Assembly (NCBI RefSeq): GCF_902713615.1
Contig: NW_024055498.1
Location: 1,454,527 to 1,518,526, forward strand
Reading direction: 5' to 3'
From: Scyliorhinus canicula
Lineage: Eukaryota
DNA: 64,000 nucleotides
Shown: in pieces, positions 1-10,349 of the stretch
Layout: each line of letters opens with the position of its first letter
Numbering within the stretch: the first letter of the stretch is position 1
Notes under the pieces: generated by a model
Seen by the model: only the letters and a program-made list of their open reading frames with translations
Databases searched by the model: none
Told to the model about the DNA's origin: nothing
Translations under genes and position numbers: made by a program

Positions 1-112
1 GCAGCGCTGTAGGAAATGCTCAGGAAGAACAGGGTGATGAATGTGGAAGCGGTTGTCCAGATGTTGCCGTTATCATCCTCATCGTCTTCAGTCCAGGTGT
101 GGTCTGTGGTAT
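1..112 (-). CDS. IGHM: IgM heavy-chain transmembrane exon TM1 (runs off the window edge)
   Basis: The minus strand has acceptor ...ccccgtAG (113-114), then phase-1 (D)TTDHTWTEDDEDDNGNIWTTASTFITLFFLSISYSAA. This is an acidic spacer plus the conserved Ig membrane (CART) motif WTTASTF..LF.LS..YS. It is in frame with the internal donor of the Cmu4 exon at 3522. Confidence 0.95.
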
Positions 113-288
113 CTACGGGGATAGAGCCGAATAAATATAATCAGATTGTTTGTTAATACACGTTTTGTTTTTAATATTCTCGTTTCATTTTCTCCCGCTG
201 CTAATTCATTCTTTAATATATTTGTCATTGCATATCTACTGTTGAGTTCATGACACTCAGAAATCGATCTCTTTAACTTTTTTCTTCC

Positions 289-445
289 AATTAAGGGGCA
301 AGTTAGCCTGGCCGATCCACCTACCCTGCACATCTTTGGGTTGTCGGGGTGAGACCCACGGGTCACGGGGAAAGTCCACAGGGACACAGACCCAGGAGCG
401 GGATCGTGAGGCAGCAGTGCTAACCATTGCGTCACCGTGCCGCCC
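289..445 (-). mobile_element. HE1/V-SINE-type SINE, partial
   Basis: Reverse complement of the tRNA-like head and the V-SINE core (ccaaagatgtgcagggtaggtggatcggcc). Boundaries are approximate. Confidence 0.8.
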
Positions 446-469
446 TTGCCTGACGTTTGTGTTTGTTCT

Positions 470-1860
470 TTATCATTTGTGTCTGTCTAGATGCGAAATT
501 CGTGTTTCTTTACTCTTCATTTGTGTGTCCCGATGTCTTTATAAGTGTCATTGTGTGTGTCCATGTGTCAATGAGTATTGATCTGTGCATCTGTGTAAAT
601 TTATCTTAAGTCAGTATGTTTTTATGAGTGTTTTATTCTGTGTGTTTGTGTGTTGAAATCTATGTTTATATATTAATGCCTGTGTTAATAAGTTTATACT
701 TCCCTGCCCAGTAATTAAAGTGTTAATGTGTCTTTATACGTTCAACATGCATGTCAGTGTCTTAATGTTTGTGTCTGGATAAGTGCGTTGCGTGTGTGTG
801 TGTTTGTTGATGCGTGTAATTCATCATAGAATCATCATCGGATAATCCTGATTTAGCCGAACGAGGCTATTCGGCCCATTGAGTCTGCACTGACCCTCCC
901 AAAGAGCAGTCTGCCTGGACGCATGCCCCCGCCCTGTCCCCAGAACCTGGTAACCCCACCTAACGTTGTGGGCACTAAGGGGTAATATAGCCTGGCCAAT
1001 CCACCGAACCTGCACATCTTTGGACTGTGGGAGGAAACCGGAGCACCGGAGGAAACAGGAACAGACACCGGAGAACGTGGAAACTCTACACAGACAATCA
1101 CCCAAGGCTGGAATTGAACCCGGGTTTATGGCGCTGTGAGGCAGCAGAGCTATTTATGCGTTGATGGTTATTTATAACTCTCTATTGATGTGTATTGATG
1201 ACTCTATGTGTATTCATATGTGTTCGTGTTAGCGTGTGTACGAGTCGGCTAATATGTGTCTCCGTGTGTCCATAAGTGTGTTAATGTGGATTACTGTCTC
1301 TGAATGGAAATATTTCTGTCATCGTGAAATTCTGCTAATGTATATGTTATTTGTTATATTTGTGTTTAATATTCTTCTGTCAGCCTGCTTGTCTGGTTTT
1401 ATATGTTTGTGTATCTGTGTGGACATGTGGCTGCATGTGTCTGTTTGTGTACATTTGTGTAGCCACTTGTGTGTGTGGATTTGTGTGTCTATGTGTGGAT
1501 GTGCTCGTGTGCCTGTCTCTGTATAAATGTGGGCTTGTTTGTGTTTATGTGCATGTTTGTGAATTTGTGCGCACGTTTGCGTGTGTTTTTGTGTCAAAAT
1601 ATGTGTGATTCGTTGTGCCTGGGTGTATGTTTATGCATGTGTGTCTATGTGTGTGTCCATGTGTGTGTTTGTGTCTACATGTGAGCGTGTGTATGTTTGT
1701 GGGTCTGTGTGCATATATGTGTAGTGTCTGTGTCTGTTTATCTGTCTGTGTATCTGTATCAGCTGCCTGTAGCTTTGCCAGTTGTGGGTATTATTGATAC
1801 CGATGTAGAACATGTTGAACTTTCTGCATATAAATGTGTTTTGTGTGAGTTGCAAGCTGA
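470..1860. repeat. TG-rich low-complexity/degenerate microsatellite tract, interrupted by a SINE at about 825-1150
   Basis: Dense degenerate (TG)n/(TGTC)n sequence. The C/V-rich and H/T-rich ORFs called here are artefacts of this composition. Confidence 0.85.
825..1150 (-). mobile_element. HE1/V-SINE-type SINE
   Basis: Near full-length copy with V-SINE core and CR1-like 3' tail (gggccgaatagcctc...tctatg). The same family recurs at about 5455-5760, 9215-9535, 19950-20260, 38640-38950, 42320-42525, 43575-43920, 46850-47030, 55810-56020 and 61800-62075. Confidence 0.85.
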
Positions 1861-2229
1861 CATCAGGTGACCTAATGCAAAAATACAAGGAGGTGCCTCA
1901 GGAGAGAACAGTGAAACCCCAGCGAGAATTCAATCACCATCTGGATTTGGATTCTGGGGAATCGGTCTCAGCAGACGGATAAGAGGAACAAGGGGGCTAA
2001 AAAAATACATCTTGATCATGATGGTCTTTTGCACCCGTCAGCCAGTAAGCTACATGCCGTCTTGTAATGTCAGTAACTGAGTTCTTAGTCCAGAGAACCG
2101 TTTACTTCCAAACTCCCTGCTTGGGGACTGGGAAGATATTGAGTTAATAATCTCCCTCTCTCTGGTCAGCTCAGCAAATTGCCTTTGGGTTCTCCCTGCT
2201 GGAGGTGGAGATACAGAGAGTTCATTCAT

Positions 2230-3010
2230 CACCTTCCTCCTCTTTTGGTCGGGAAAGTGGAGGTAAAGTGGGTTAGTATTGCCCCTTTGCTCTCTTTGTT
2301 GGGGAAGTGTGGGTCCAGTGGATTAAATAATGGCCATCCCCATCTCATTGTTGGAAGCGGGTGTACAGTGGATTAACTCAGGCCCCCACCGATTCTTTGT
2401 TGGTGAAGTGGGGGCACAGTGTGTTAACTAATGCCCCTCCCCCTCTCTTTGCTGGGGAAGTGGGGGTACAGTGGATTAACTAATGCCCCTCCCCCTCTCT
2501 CTATTGGTGAAGTGGGGGTCCAGTGGATTAACTAATGCCCCTCCCCCTCTCTCTGTTGGGGAAGTGGGGGTACAGTGCGTTAACTAAAGCCCCTCCCCCT
2601 CTCCCTGTTTCGGAATTGGGGGTACAGTGCATGAAGTAATGCCCCTCCCCCTCTTTGTTGTGGCATTGGGTTACGGTGGATTAACTAAAGCCCCTCCCCC
2701 TCTCTCTGTTGGTGAAGTGGGGGTCCAGTGGATTAACTAATGCCCCTGCCCCTCTCTCTATTGGTGAAGTGAGGGTACAGTGGGTTAAATAATCCCCCTC
2801 CCCCTCCTTCTGTTGAGGAAGTAGGGGTACAGTGCATTAACTAATGCCCCTCCCCCTCTCTCTATTGGTGAAGTGGGGGTCCAGTGGATTAACTAATGCC
2901 CCTGCCCCTCTCTATTGGTGAAGTGAGGGTATGGTGCATTAACTAATGCCCCTCCCCCTCTCTCTATTGTGGAAGTGGGGGTACAGTGGATTAACAATTT
3001 CACTTTCCCC
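2230..3010. repeat. About 52-bp minisatellite, about 15 copies
   Basis: Unit TGGATTAACTAATGCCCCTCCCCCTCTCTCTATTGGTGAAGTGGGGGTCCAG repeated in tandem, degenerating toward the left end. Confidence 0.92.
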
Positions 3011-3460
3011 TCTCTTTGACTGGCGATTGTTGGTCCATGATTCTGTGTGACTCTCAATCCAGTTCCCAGTGGGTCTGATCCAGCAACTTAAAGCTGACGT
3101 TAATTTTAAAGGGATGGACAATGAGAGAAGCAGGAACACCGAAATCTAAATGTGATGAGTTTGTTTGTCTGAAATGGGAAATTGTCCGATTTCTCCTCAG
3201 CGGGAGGAAAGTCAATGAAGATATTTTGCTGAATCCTGGAATGAATGAGCTTTGTTCTGTCTCTAACCCAGGGTGCATCTGAGCTGGGAGCACTGGTTGT
3301 ATCAGACTTGGGGCCGAGACCTGTAGAAACCCGGGTCTCATTGAACAGATCTGATATCAGCAAAGTGGAAGCTCCATTAATTAAGCGGATGTGTATTTAA
3401 ATCACAATTGGAGGAAAAAACCTTTATGATTTTTATTTTAGTTCGAAATGCAATAGATTC

Positions 3461-3852
3461 TCATTGACATGAATTAACGGTGTCCATCAGAGCGAGGGAA
3501 ATGTTCACAAAACTGGGTTTACCGCTGGATTTATCAACCGTTCTGTTGATGATCTTCAAGGGGATGGCTTCATGTCCCACCACACAGGAGTAAGAAGCGC
3601 CGCTGGCCCACTCCTCCGCTGCAATGGATAACAGGATGTACATGAAGAAGGAGCTATTGCCGTTCTCCGCCATCACCTCGGTGTTCTTGTAGTTCCCGGG
3701 ATTCACCGGCTTGTCATTGACGGTCCCCTTGACGAAGATCTCTCGGGGGGAGAAACCTCTCACTAAGCAGCTGAGGGAGACGAATCTCTGAGCGGAGACG
3801 TCTTCAGCCGGGGGCAGGAGGACAGAGACGGACGGTTCCCGCGGGTTGGGAT
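3461..3852 (-). CDS. IGHM: IgM Cmu4 exon with secretory tailpiece, orphan (open frame; conserved Trp changed to Gly)
   Basis: Acceptor ttttctgcAG, then (D)[129 protein letters not shown]. Internal G/GTAAA membrane donor at 3522 and AATAAA at 3432-3437. The sequence matches what I recall of shark IgM CH4 and tail. Confidence 0.93.
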
Positions 3853-4146
3853 CTGCAGAAAATGTACATTAAATGTCAATAAAATGGGGAATTCCGGAGA
3901 CAATGGAACCGCGGGTTCGATGTGGGAGAAATGTGTTTTGTGTTGGATTTTAAAGGTTTCCATTTTCCACTTTGGGATCTGTCCGGGTTCCCAGCTCGGA
4001 GCAGAGGTGGACACAATCCTTTTCCCTGAGAATTTACGGATTATGGATTCGAAAGTTTCAGGAAGTGTACAGCAAGGAAACAGGCCATTCGGTCCGCCTG
4101 TTCTGTGCTGGTGTATAAACTCCACACCAGGCTCCTCCCACCTTAC

Positions 4147-5017
4147 CCCAAGAGGATTGGAAAACTGCCAATGTAACACCCTTATTCGAAAGGGAGGGAG
4201 TCAAACACAGGTAACTATAGGCCAGTGACCTTAGTAGCTGAGCATTTAGACAAACAGAGTATAATCAAGCAGGGTCTGCACGGCTTCATGAAGGGTAAAT
4301 CATGCCTGACAAATTTATTGCAATTCTTTGAGGTAATAACGAGAAGAGTAGAGAGAGGGGGACCAGTCGATGTAATCTACATGAATTTCAAAACTGTGTT
4401 TAACAAGTGAATGCACTATTCCCACGGCTGCAGATACAAAAATATAAAGGCAAGTGGTGAGGTTACAGAGGGACAGAGACAGCGTGAGTTACTGAGTAAA
4501 AGCTTGGCAGACGGAACATAATGTTCGTAAATGTTAGGTTAGACACTTCGGGAGGAGGAGGAACATAACGGAATATTATTTAGACGGCGAAAGACTGGAG
4601 AAAGCTGAAGTAACGGGGGAATTGGGGATCCTCGTGCAGAAACCACACAAAGCAAGTTCTGCAGGTAATATGGAGACAAATTGAATTTTGATATTTATTT
4701 AAAAGGGAATAGAATATAAACATGGGGACGTCTGGCTAAAACTATACAAGGCGTTAGTTAGACTACACCTGGTATACTTTGAATAGTTTTGCTGCCCTTA
4801 CCTAAGGAAGACAGATTGGTTTTGAAGGCAGTCCAGAGAAGGATCAGGAGGTCGATCCCGAGTATGGAGGGATTTTCTTATGGGGAGAGGTTAAGTAGGC
4901 TGGCTGGACTTATGGGCGTTTAGAAGAATGAAGGCGGCCTAATCGAGACATGAAAGATTCTCAGCGACCTTCATAGGATAGTCGCTGAGAGCTTGTTTTC
5001 CCTGTGGGAGCGTCTAG
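4147..5017 (+). mobile_element. Decayed CR1 LINE ORF2 (RT) fragment, 3' end missing
   Basis: PEDWKTANVTPL, KQGLHGFMKGKSCLTNLLQFFE and VDVIYM motifs. It ends abruptly at the GxSR motif and abuts a V remnant. Copy at about 18625-19515. Confidence 0.85.
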
Positions 5018-5090
5018 ACAGACACTGCCACCTACTTATGTGCAGTGGACACACAGTGAACTGAAGACCATTCAGCGCCGTACAAACATT
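5018..5090 (+). pseudogene. TRAV: 3' remnant of a TCR alpha/delta-type V segment with intact 23-RSS
   Basis: Reads TDTATYLCAVD, then CACAGTG (5052-5058), a 23-nt spacer and ACAAACATT (5082-5090). The 5' part is absent. Confidence 0.85.
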
Positions 5091-5294
5091 TGCTGGGGTG
5101 ATTCCGAAAGTGCAGTTATCAGAGAGCTGGTCTTTTAACAACTTTCTCCCTTGGATATGCCCCTCAGTCACACAATCAGCGAGATCTGTTCCTGATTTGG
5201 ATTGACTCTTTCATATCAGAAGGGCCAAAGTCCATTTAAATTCAATTATTTTCTGTAACTCACACCAAGACAGCATGTCCTCGGTGAAATGAAA

Positions 5295-5405
5295 GGAAAA
5301 TGAAATGAAAATCGCTTATTGTCACAAGTAGGCTTCAAATGAAGTTACTGTGAAAAGCCCCTAGTCGCCACTTTCCAGCGCCTGTTCGGGGAGGCTGGTA
5401 CGGGA
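5295..5405 (-). mobile_element. Second tRNA-derived SINE family with (TTTCA)n tail, partial
   Basis: Family members carry A box/B box (TAGCACACTGG, GGTTCAATTCC) on the minus strand. Other copies lie at about 13889-14082, 19785-19900, 30887-31058, 37528-37708, 49125-49300, 53718-53905 and 57092-57268. Confidence 0.8.
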
Positions 5406-6390
5406 GGCTGGTGGTTCTTTAAGATAATAGTCATCATGCTGTTCGGTGAGTCAGTATTCAAATGACCTACAGCGCAGAAAGACACCATTCGGTCTATCGA
5501 GTCTGCACTGACCCTCTGAAAGAGCACTCTGCCTAGGCCCACTCCCCGCCTTATCCCCATAACCCCACCTAACCTTTGGACACTAAGGGGCAATTTAGCA
5601 TTGCCAATCCATCTGACCTGCACATCTTTGTGAGAAGATACCGCAGCATCCGGTTGAAACCCAGACGGACACAGGGAGAAAGCGCAACCTCCATACAAAC
5701 AGTCTCCCTTAGCCAGTCCCTGGCACTGTGAGGCAGGAGTGTTAACCACTGTGCCACCGTACTGCCCTAGATTTACCAGGATGTTGCCTAGATTGGAGTC
5801 TTTTAGCGATGAAAAGAGGTTGGTTAGGGCTGGGGATTTGTCCTTACAGCAGAAAAGGCTGAGGGCGGAGAGATTGTGATGTTCAATATTATTAGGGACA
5901 TAGGTAGAGTAGATAGGATGAAAAGATTCATTTAGATGAGCACTTGAAAAGGCGACGGACCAGGTTCTGAAAAACGGGATTAAAATAGAAAGGTTCTTCA
6001 TTACCGGGACAGACATGATGGGCCGAAGGGTCTAGTCTTGTGCTGTTAAATACTATGACTAAGGAATCTGATGCAGGGAAGCTGGCGGTGGCGCCACATG
6101 ACCGCCTCTCCTTTGGTCAAAGAAGGCACAGGAGAGACTTTACTGAGTTGCTCAAATGCAAAGTGGTTCTGTTTATGAAGGTCGCCCGGAGCTGTTTCCA
6201 CTGCAGACCCTTGGATAATACATGGATCGAGGACAAATACAGCCGAGGAAAATTCCATTCATTCATACACCGCGATGTGTTAAACTATAGAAGGCGGAAA
6301 CTAAATAATGGCGGAAGAAGATTCAACGCCAACTTTAAGAAGAAAACTGTGCACAAATGTAACGGGAATTACCGGGGTATGTAGAAAATG

Positions 6391-6780
6391 CCGTTTTTGA
6401 AAGAGGAATAGGGTAACTCTTTCAAAGTGTCTCGGGAAATATAGATCGTGTGGCCTCATCCCTGGCTCTAAGATTCTAGATTCTCGTCCGTCATCTCACT
6501 TCCGATCTATTTCTTCTCAGTGCCTTGCACAGTGAGCAGGTGCAGGATGGTCACGGTTTAGTGAAGATTGAACCGTCGCTATTTCCGCTCCATCAGTTCC
6601 GAGTGCAGCTGAGAGTCACCGCACACTTCACTCAATATTCAGACTGCGGTACAGCTTCCGGTTGCTGCTCTCACTCTGACCCAATTGTCTTACTGGAGAG
6701 ATTGCTGCTTGTGGTTCATTCCTCTCATTGGTCGGATCAGCAGGGCGGTGATCTGTATTTCTGTCTCTAACCGAGCGTTT
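6391..6780 (-). pseudogene. Heavily decayed V-like remnant with degenerate RSS
   Basis: The minus strand reads ...VTLSCT... and ...I*NLRARDEAT..., followed by CACTTTG, 22-23 nt and (T)CAAAAACG. It is paralogous to 9540-9870 and 14950-15360. Copy at about 20886-21276. Confidence 0.5.
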
Positions 6781-6814
6781 CTTTCATTGTAGAATCATAA
6801 ACTAAAGAAGGATT

Positions 6815-7319
6815 ATGAGAAACCATCTCGCTTCGCTCCTCATTGTTTTCTTACTTCTCAGTAAGTATTTCCTTCCCAGTAACACTCCATTCTCTTCCTG
6901 ACTGCTGTAAACGAGATGTTATTGTTGGTAAAATGACAATGATCATGTTATTGATGGTTGTGTTGCTTAATGTGAGGCTGACTCTGATTGTCATTATCGC
7001 TGTTACTTCTGTTAGAATGGAGCCACCAAGACTCCGTGGAGCAAAAGAAACCTGAAATAACGGTTAAAGAGAAAAGTGAAGTTACATTAACCTGCACCTT
7101 GAAAACAGGCGAGCCTAACCCCTATGTGTACTGGTACAGTCAGCAGCCCGGGAAAGCTCCAAGCTACATGCTTCGATTTATTGGACTGGCTGAGCAAAGG
7201 AACACCGACCTCAACGATCGGTTTTCTTCTACATTTGATAAAAAGAACAAGACTACCGAGCTAACGATCAGTAACACAATGATACCCGACTGCGCCGTGT
7301 ATTTCTGTGCCATGCAGCC
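6815..7319 (+). CDS. TRAV: TCR alpha/delta-type V gene segment (leader + V exon), intact
   Basis: Leader 6815-6860 (MRNHLASLLIVFLLL, A/GTAAGT) and V exon 7016-7319 (WSHQDSVEQKKPEITVKEKSEVTLTC...VYWYSQQPGKAP...DCAVYFCAMQP), with C23, W41 and C104 present. RSS follows. Confidence 0.93.
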
Positions 7320-7359
7320 CACACTGCTACAGAGATACAGTGGACCCCGGACAAAAACC
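7320..7359 (+). promoter_or_regulatory. Recombination signal sequence (24-nt spacer variant of the 23-RSS)
   Basis: CACACTG (7320-7326), 24 nt, ACAAAAACC (7351-7359). Confidence 0.88.
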
Positions 7360-7366
7360 CCACACT

Positions 7367-7398
7367 GGCAGTTCCAGCTGCTGCACAGCAGGGGGCGC
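7367..7398 (+). promoter_or_regulatory. Putative CTCF-binding element (upstream motif + core) directly behind the RSS
   Basis: GGCAGTTCC, 6 nt, TGCACAGCAGGGGGCGC. Also present at 21863-21894 and, in the other orientation, at 32960-32991. Confidence 0.65.
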
Positions 7399-7509
7399 GT
7401 CCTCATTGATAGTTCAGTTGCACAGTGAGAGTGACAAAAATTGGGGGAAAAATCACAACACTCAAAATCATCAATAGTGGGGCCCACCTGCACAGTTATA
7501 TCAGTTTAC

Positions 7510-8390
7510 ATAGAACATAGAACAGTACAAGCCCTCCAGGCCACGATGTTGTGCCGACCATTTATCCGATTATAAGATCAACCTAACCTGCTGTCCATGT
7601 GCCTGTCCAAGAATCGCTTAAACGTCCCTAATGACTCTAACTCCACCACCTCCGCTGGCAGTGCATTCCACGCACCCACCACTCTATTTATAAAGAACCT
7701 ACCTCTGACATCTCTCCTCTACCTTCCTCTAATCATCTTAAAATTATGTCCCCTCGTGACAGCCATTTCCGCCCTGGGGAAAAGTCACTGGCTATCCACT
7801 TTATCCATGCCTCTCATCACCTTGTACACCTCTATCAAGCCACCTCTCTTCCTTCTTCGCTCCAGTGAGAACATCCCTAGCTCCCTCAACCTTTCTTCAT
7901 AAGACATGCCCTCCACTCCAGGCAGCCTCCTGGTAAATCGCCTCTGCACCCTCTCCAAAAAAATCCACATCCTTCCTATAATGAGGCAACGAGAACTGGA
8001 CAAGATATGCCAAGTGTGGTCTAACCAGGGTTTTATTAAGCTGCAGCAAAACCTCGCGACTCTTAAACTCATTGCCCATGTTAATGAAAGCCAACGCACC
8101 ATACGCCTTCTTAACAACCCTATCAACCTGCGTGGCAACTATTGAGGGATCTATGTAGGTGGATGCCAAGATCCCTCTGTTCCTCCACACTTCCAAGAAT
8201 CCTGCCTTTCACTCTGTATTCAGCACTCAAATTCGACCTTTCAAAATGAATCATTTCACATTTATCTAGGTTGAACTCCATCTGCCACTTCTCAACCCAG
8301 CTCTGCTTCTTGTCAGTGTCCTGTTGTAACCTGCAACAGCTCTAGACACTATCTACAACTCCACCAAATGTTGTGTCATCGGTAACTCAC
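7510..8390 (-). mobile_element. CR1 LINE 3' fragment
   Basis: ERVQRRFTRRLPG.EGMSYEERL..LG.FSLERRR motif and a (CATAGAA)n-type tail at the left end. Copy at about 22007-22880. Confidence 0.9.
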
Positions 8391-8609
8391 ATTTATAAGA
8401 GATGTAGGATTGATGAATCGATCGGCGAAACTTTAACTCCTGCTACTTGTTCCTATCTTAGTGTACAGACCCACTCATTCAGTAAACTATCAGGTCTCAC
8501 TGAAAGACAATAAATGCAGTAATTTAGATTCATGTAGAGCTTTTCACACAATAAAATGCCCCAACGAGTTTCACAGGAACATAGGGACATATTAGGTCAT
8601 ATGATCAAC

Positions 8610-8760
8610 AACTTGGTCAAAGAGTTTGGTAAGGTGATTGGGGACGACCAAACAGGGTTTGTTAAAGGCAGGCAGCTGACAGCCAACGTGAGAAGATTGC
8701 TTAATGTGATTATGATGCTCCCGACGGACAAGGAGGTGGAGGTAGTGGTGGCTCAAAACC
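8610..8760 (+). mobile_element. Short L1-clade RT fragment
   Basis: DQTGFVKGRQLTANVRRLLNVIM. Copy at about 23105-23255. Confidence 0.75.
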
Positions 8761-9059
8761 CCAGAAGGCAGAACTATGGCTTTCGGACATGTCAAGTTTT
8801 CTGGGTATGGAAAAAAATCAGGTTCACCTTGAGGGGATCTGTATTGGGGTTCGCCCGAAGGTGGCAACCATTCATCGACTTCTTTGCGGGAGAGTCAACG
8901 TCAGCAGGGGGGGGGGGGGGGGGGGGGAGAGATTAGAGTAGAGTAGGAGGGCTAAATAGGCGGATAGTGTCTATGTGAGAGGAGCGGGTATGTGCATTAT
9001 GGTTTGGTTGAAGTGTTGGTTTTCCGTTGATGTTTGCATGTTTCTGTAATCTGACAATT

Positions 9060-9211
9060 ATGCTAAATTTGTGGAAATCATCGCTGGAATATTCCGTCTA
9101 AATCCTGGGAATGCCAAATATTAAAAGGACAAGATTACGGAGCTAACGACCAGTAACACAATGATTTACCACAGCGCCGTGTATTTCTGTGAGCGTCACG
9201 GGAGCACAGTG
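9060..9211 (+). pseudogene. TRAV: Internally deleted V pseudogene; heptamer kept, spacer and nonamer displaced by a SINE
   Basis: KDKITELTTSNTMIYHSAVYFCE closely resembles FR3 of the V at 7016-7319. CACAGTG lies at 9205-9211 and is followed immediately by an HE1-type SINE head. Copy at about 23560-23709. Confidence 0.8.
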
Positions 9212-9539
9212 CGCGGTCCGGTAGCACGGTGGTTCGCGCTGTTGCTTCACAGCTCCTGGGTCCCAGGTTTGATTCCCGGCTTGGTTCACTTTCTGTGCGG
9301 AGTCTGCACGGTCTCCCCGTGTCTGCGTGGGTTTCCTCCGGGTGCTCCGTTTCCACCCACACTCCAAAGATGTGCAGGTTCGGTGGATTGGCCATGCTAA
9401 ATGTTCACAACGGTTGTGTTTGGTTGCGCAGATGGGGTGGAGGTGTGGGCTTGGGTGGGGTGCTCTTCCCGGGGGCCGGTGCGAACTCGATGGGCCGGGT
9501 GGCCTCCTTCTGCACTGTGGATTATGTGAAGTTATGAAA

Positions 9540-9870
9540 TAGGGGCAGGAAGGCTAAATTCAATCTGGTCCCTTCTCGCCGGAGGGAAGTGCCTTCCCTC
9601 TATATTGTTCTCAGTGACTTGAGCAGTGAGCAAGTGCAGGTTACCCCTCGCTACTTCCGCTCCCTCACTTGCGACTGGAGCTGATAGCCGCCGTACACTT
9701 TTTTTTATCAGTTTAGAGTCTGTGGTGTCCGCGGTCACTGTTTCCGTTTGTTGATCTCGCTCTAACAAAATTGTGATATTCTAGACATTGCTGTCGCTGC
9801 TCGATTCCTCTCATTGGTCTGAGCAACAGTGCAGTGGCACCTGAATCTGTATTTCTGCTCTGACAGGTAA
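9540..9870 (-). pseudogene. Heavily decayed V-like remnant
   Basis: The minus frame GNLHLLTAQVTENNIEGRHFPPARRDQIEFSL resembles V FR2-CDR2-FR3. It is paralogous to 6391-6780. Copy at about 24520-24845. Confidence 0.4.
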
Positions 9871-10349
9871 TTGCCTGGGAGCAACTAAGTCAGGAACTGT
9901 CACGGGGAACCGCCACTCAGCTCTCCTCAACATCTCACCTCATGGGAAAAAAACATTCTCCCCTCCGGGCAGCCTGCACGGTTCATGTTGCGTCCGATTG
10001 GAGAGAATCTGCACAGCAGCACAGGTAGAAGTGATCTCAATGTGACTCACATACAGATAAATCCCTGTACATAAATATATATTGTTAGCGATCGAGGCAC
10101 AGCACGGTTGAGCTGTCTGACCACAGAAAGAGGAAGGATCTACAATAGTGTAGACAGCTCAATGTAGCAGCAGGAGCGGGGTACTGACGATCAGACCAGG
10201 CCCTGTTCAGCTCAGCAGAGACGGCCAATCCTCTGATCGCCAGAGGCGCTTGGGAGAAAGACAACATCAGTAATATTGCTCCCCGTGACAGTGCAGCAAA
10301 TCTGTAAGGACGATACAACTACAAGGCGGTGGCGGTACCGGGCGTTCAT

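Noticed and set aside
1236-1888. Multiple 60-96-aa ORFs rich in C/V or H/T (also 16924-17339, 29709-29928)
   Set aside because: They are translation artefacts of TG-rich low-complexity DNA.
3461-3852. Assignment of the constant exon to IgNAR or IgW
   Set aside because: The tail [20 protein letters not shown] and the domain sequence fit my recollection of shark IgM CH4, and the linked TM1 fits as well. A BLAST would confirm.
7421-7442. CACAGTG-6-ACAAAAATT as a second RSS
   Set aside because: A 6-nt spacer fits neither the 12 nor the 23 rule, and there is no coding segment next to it.
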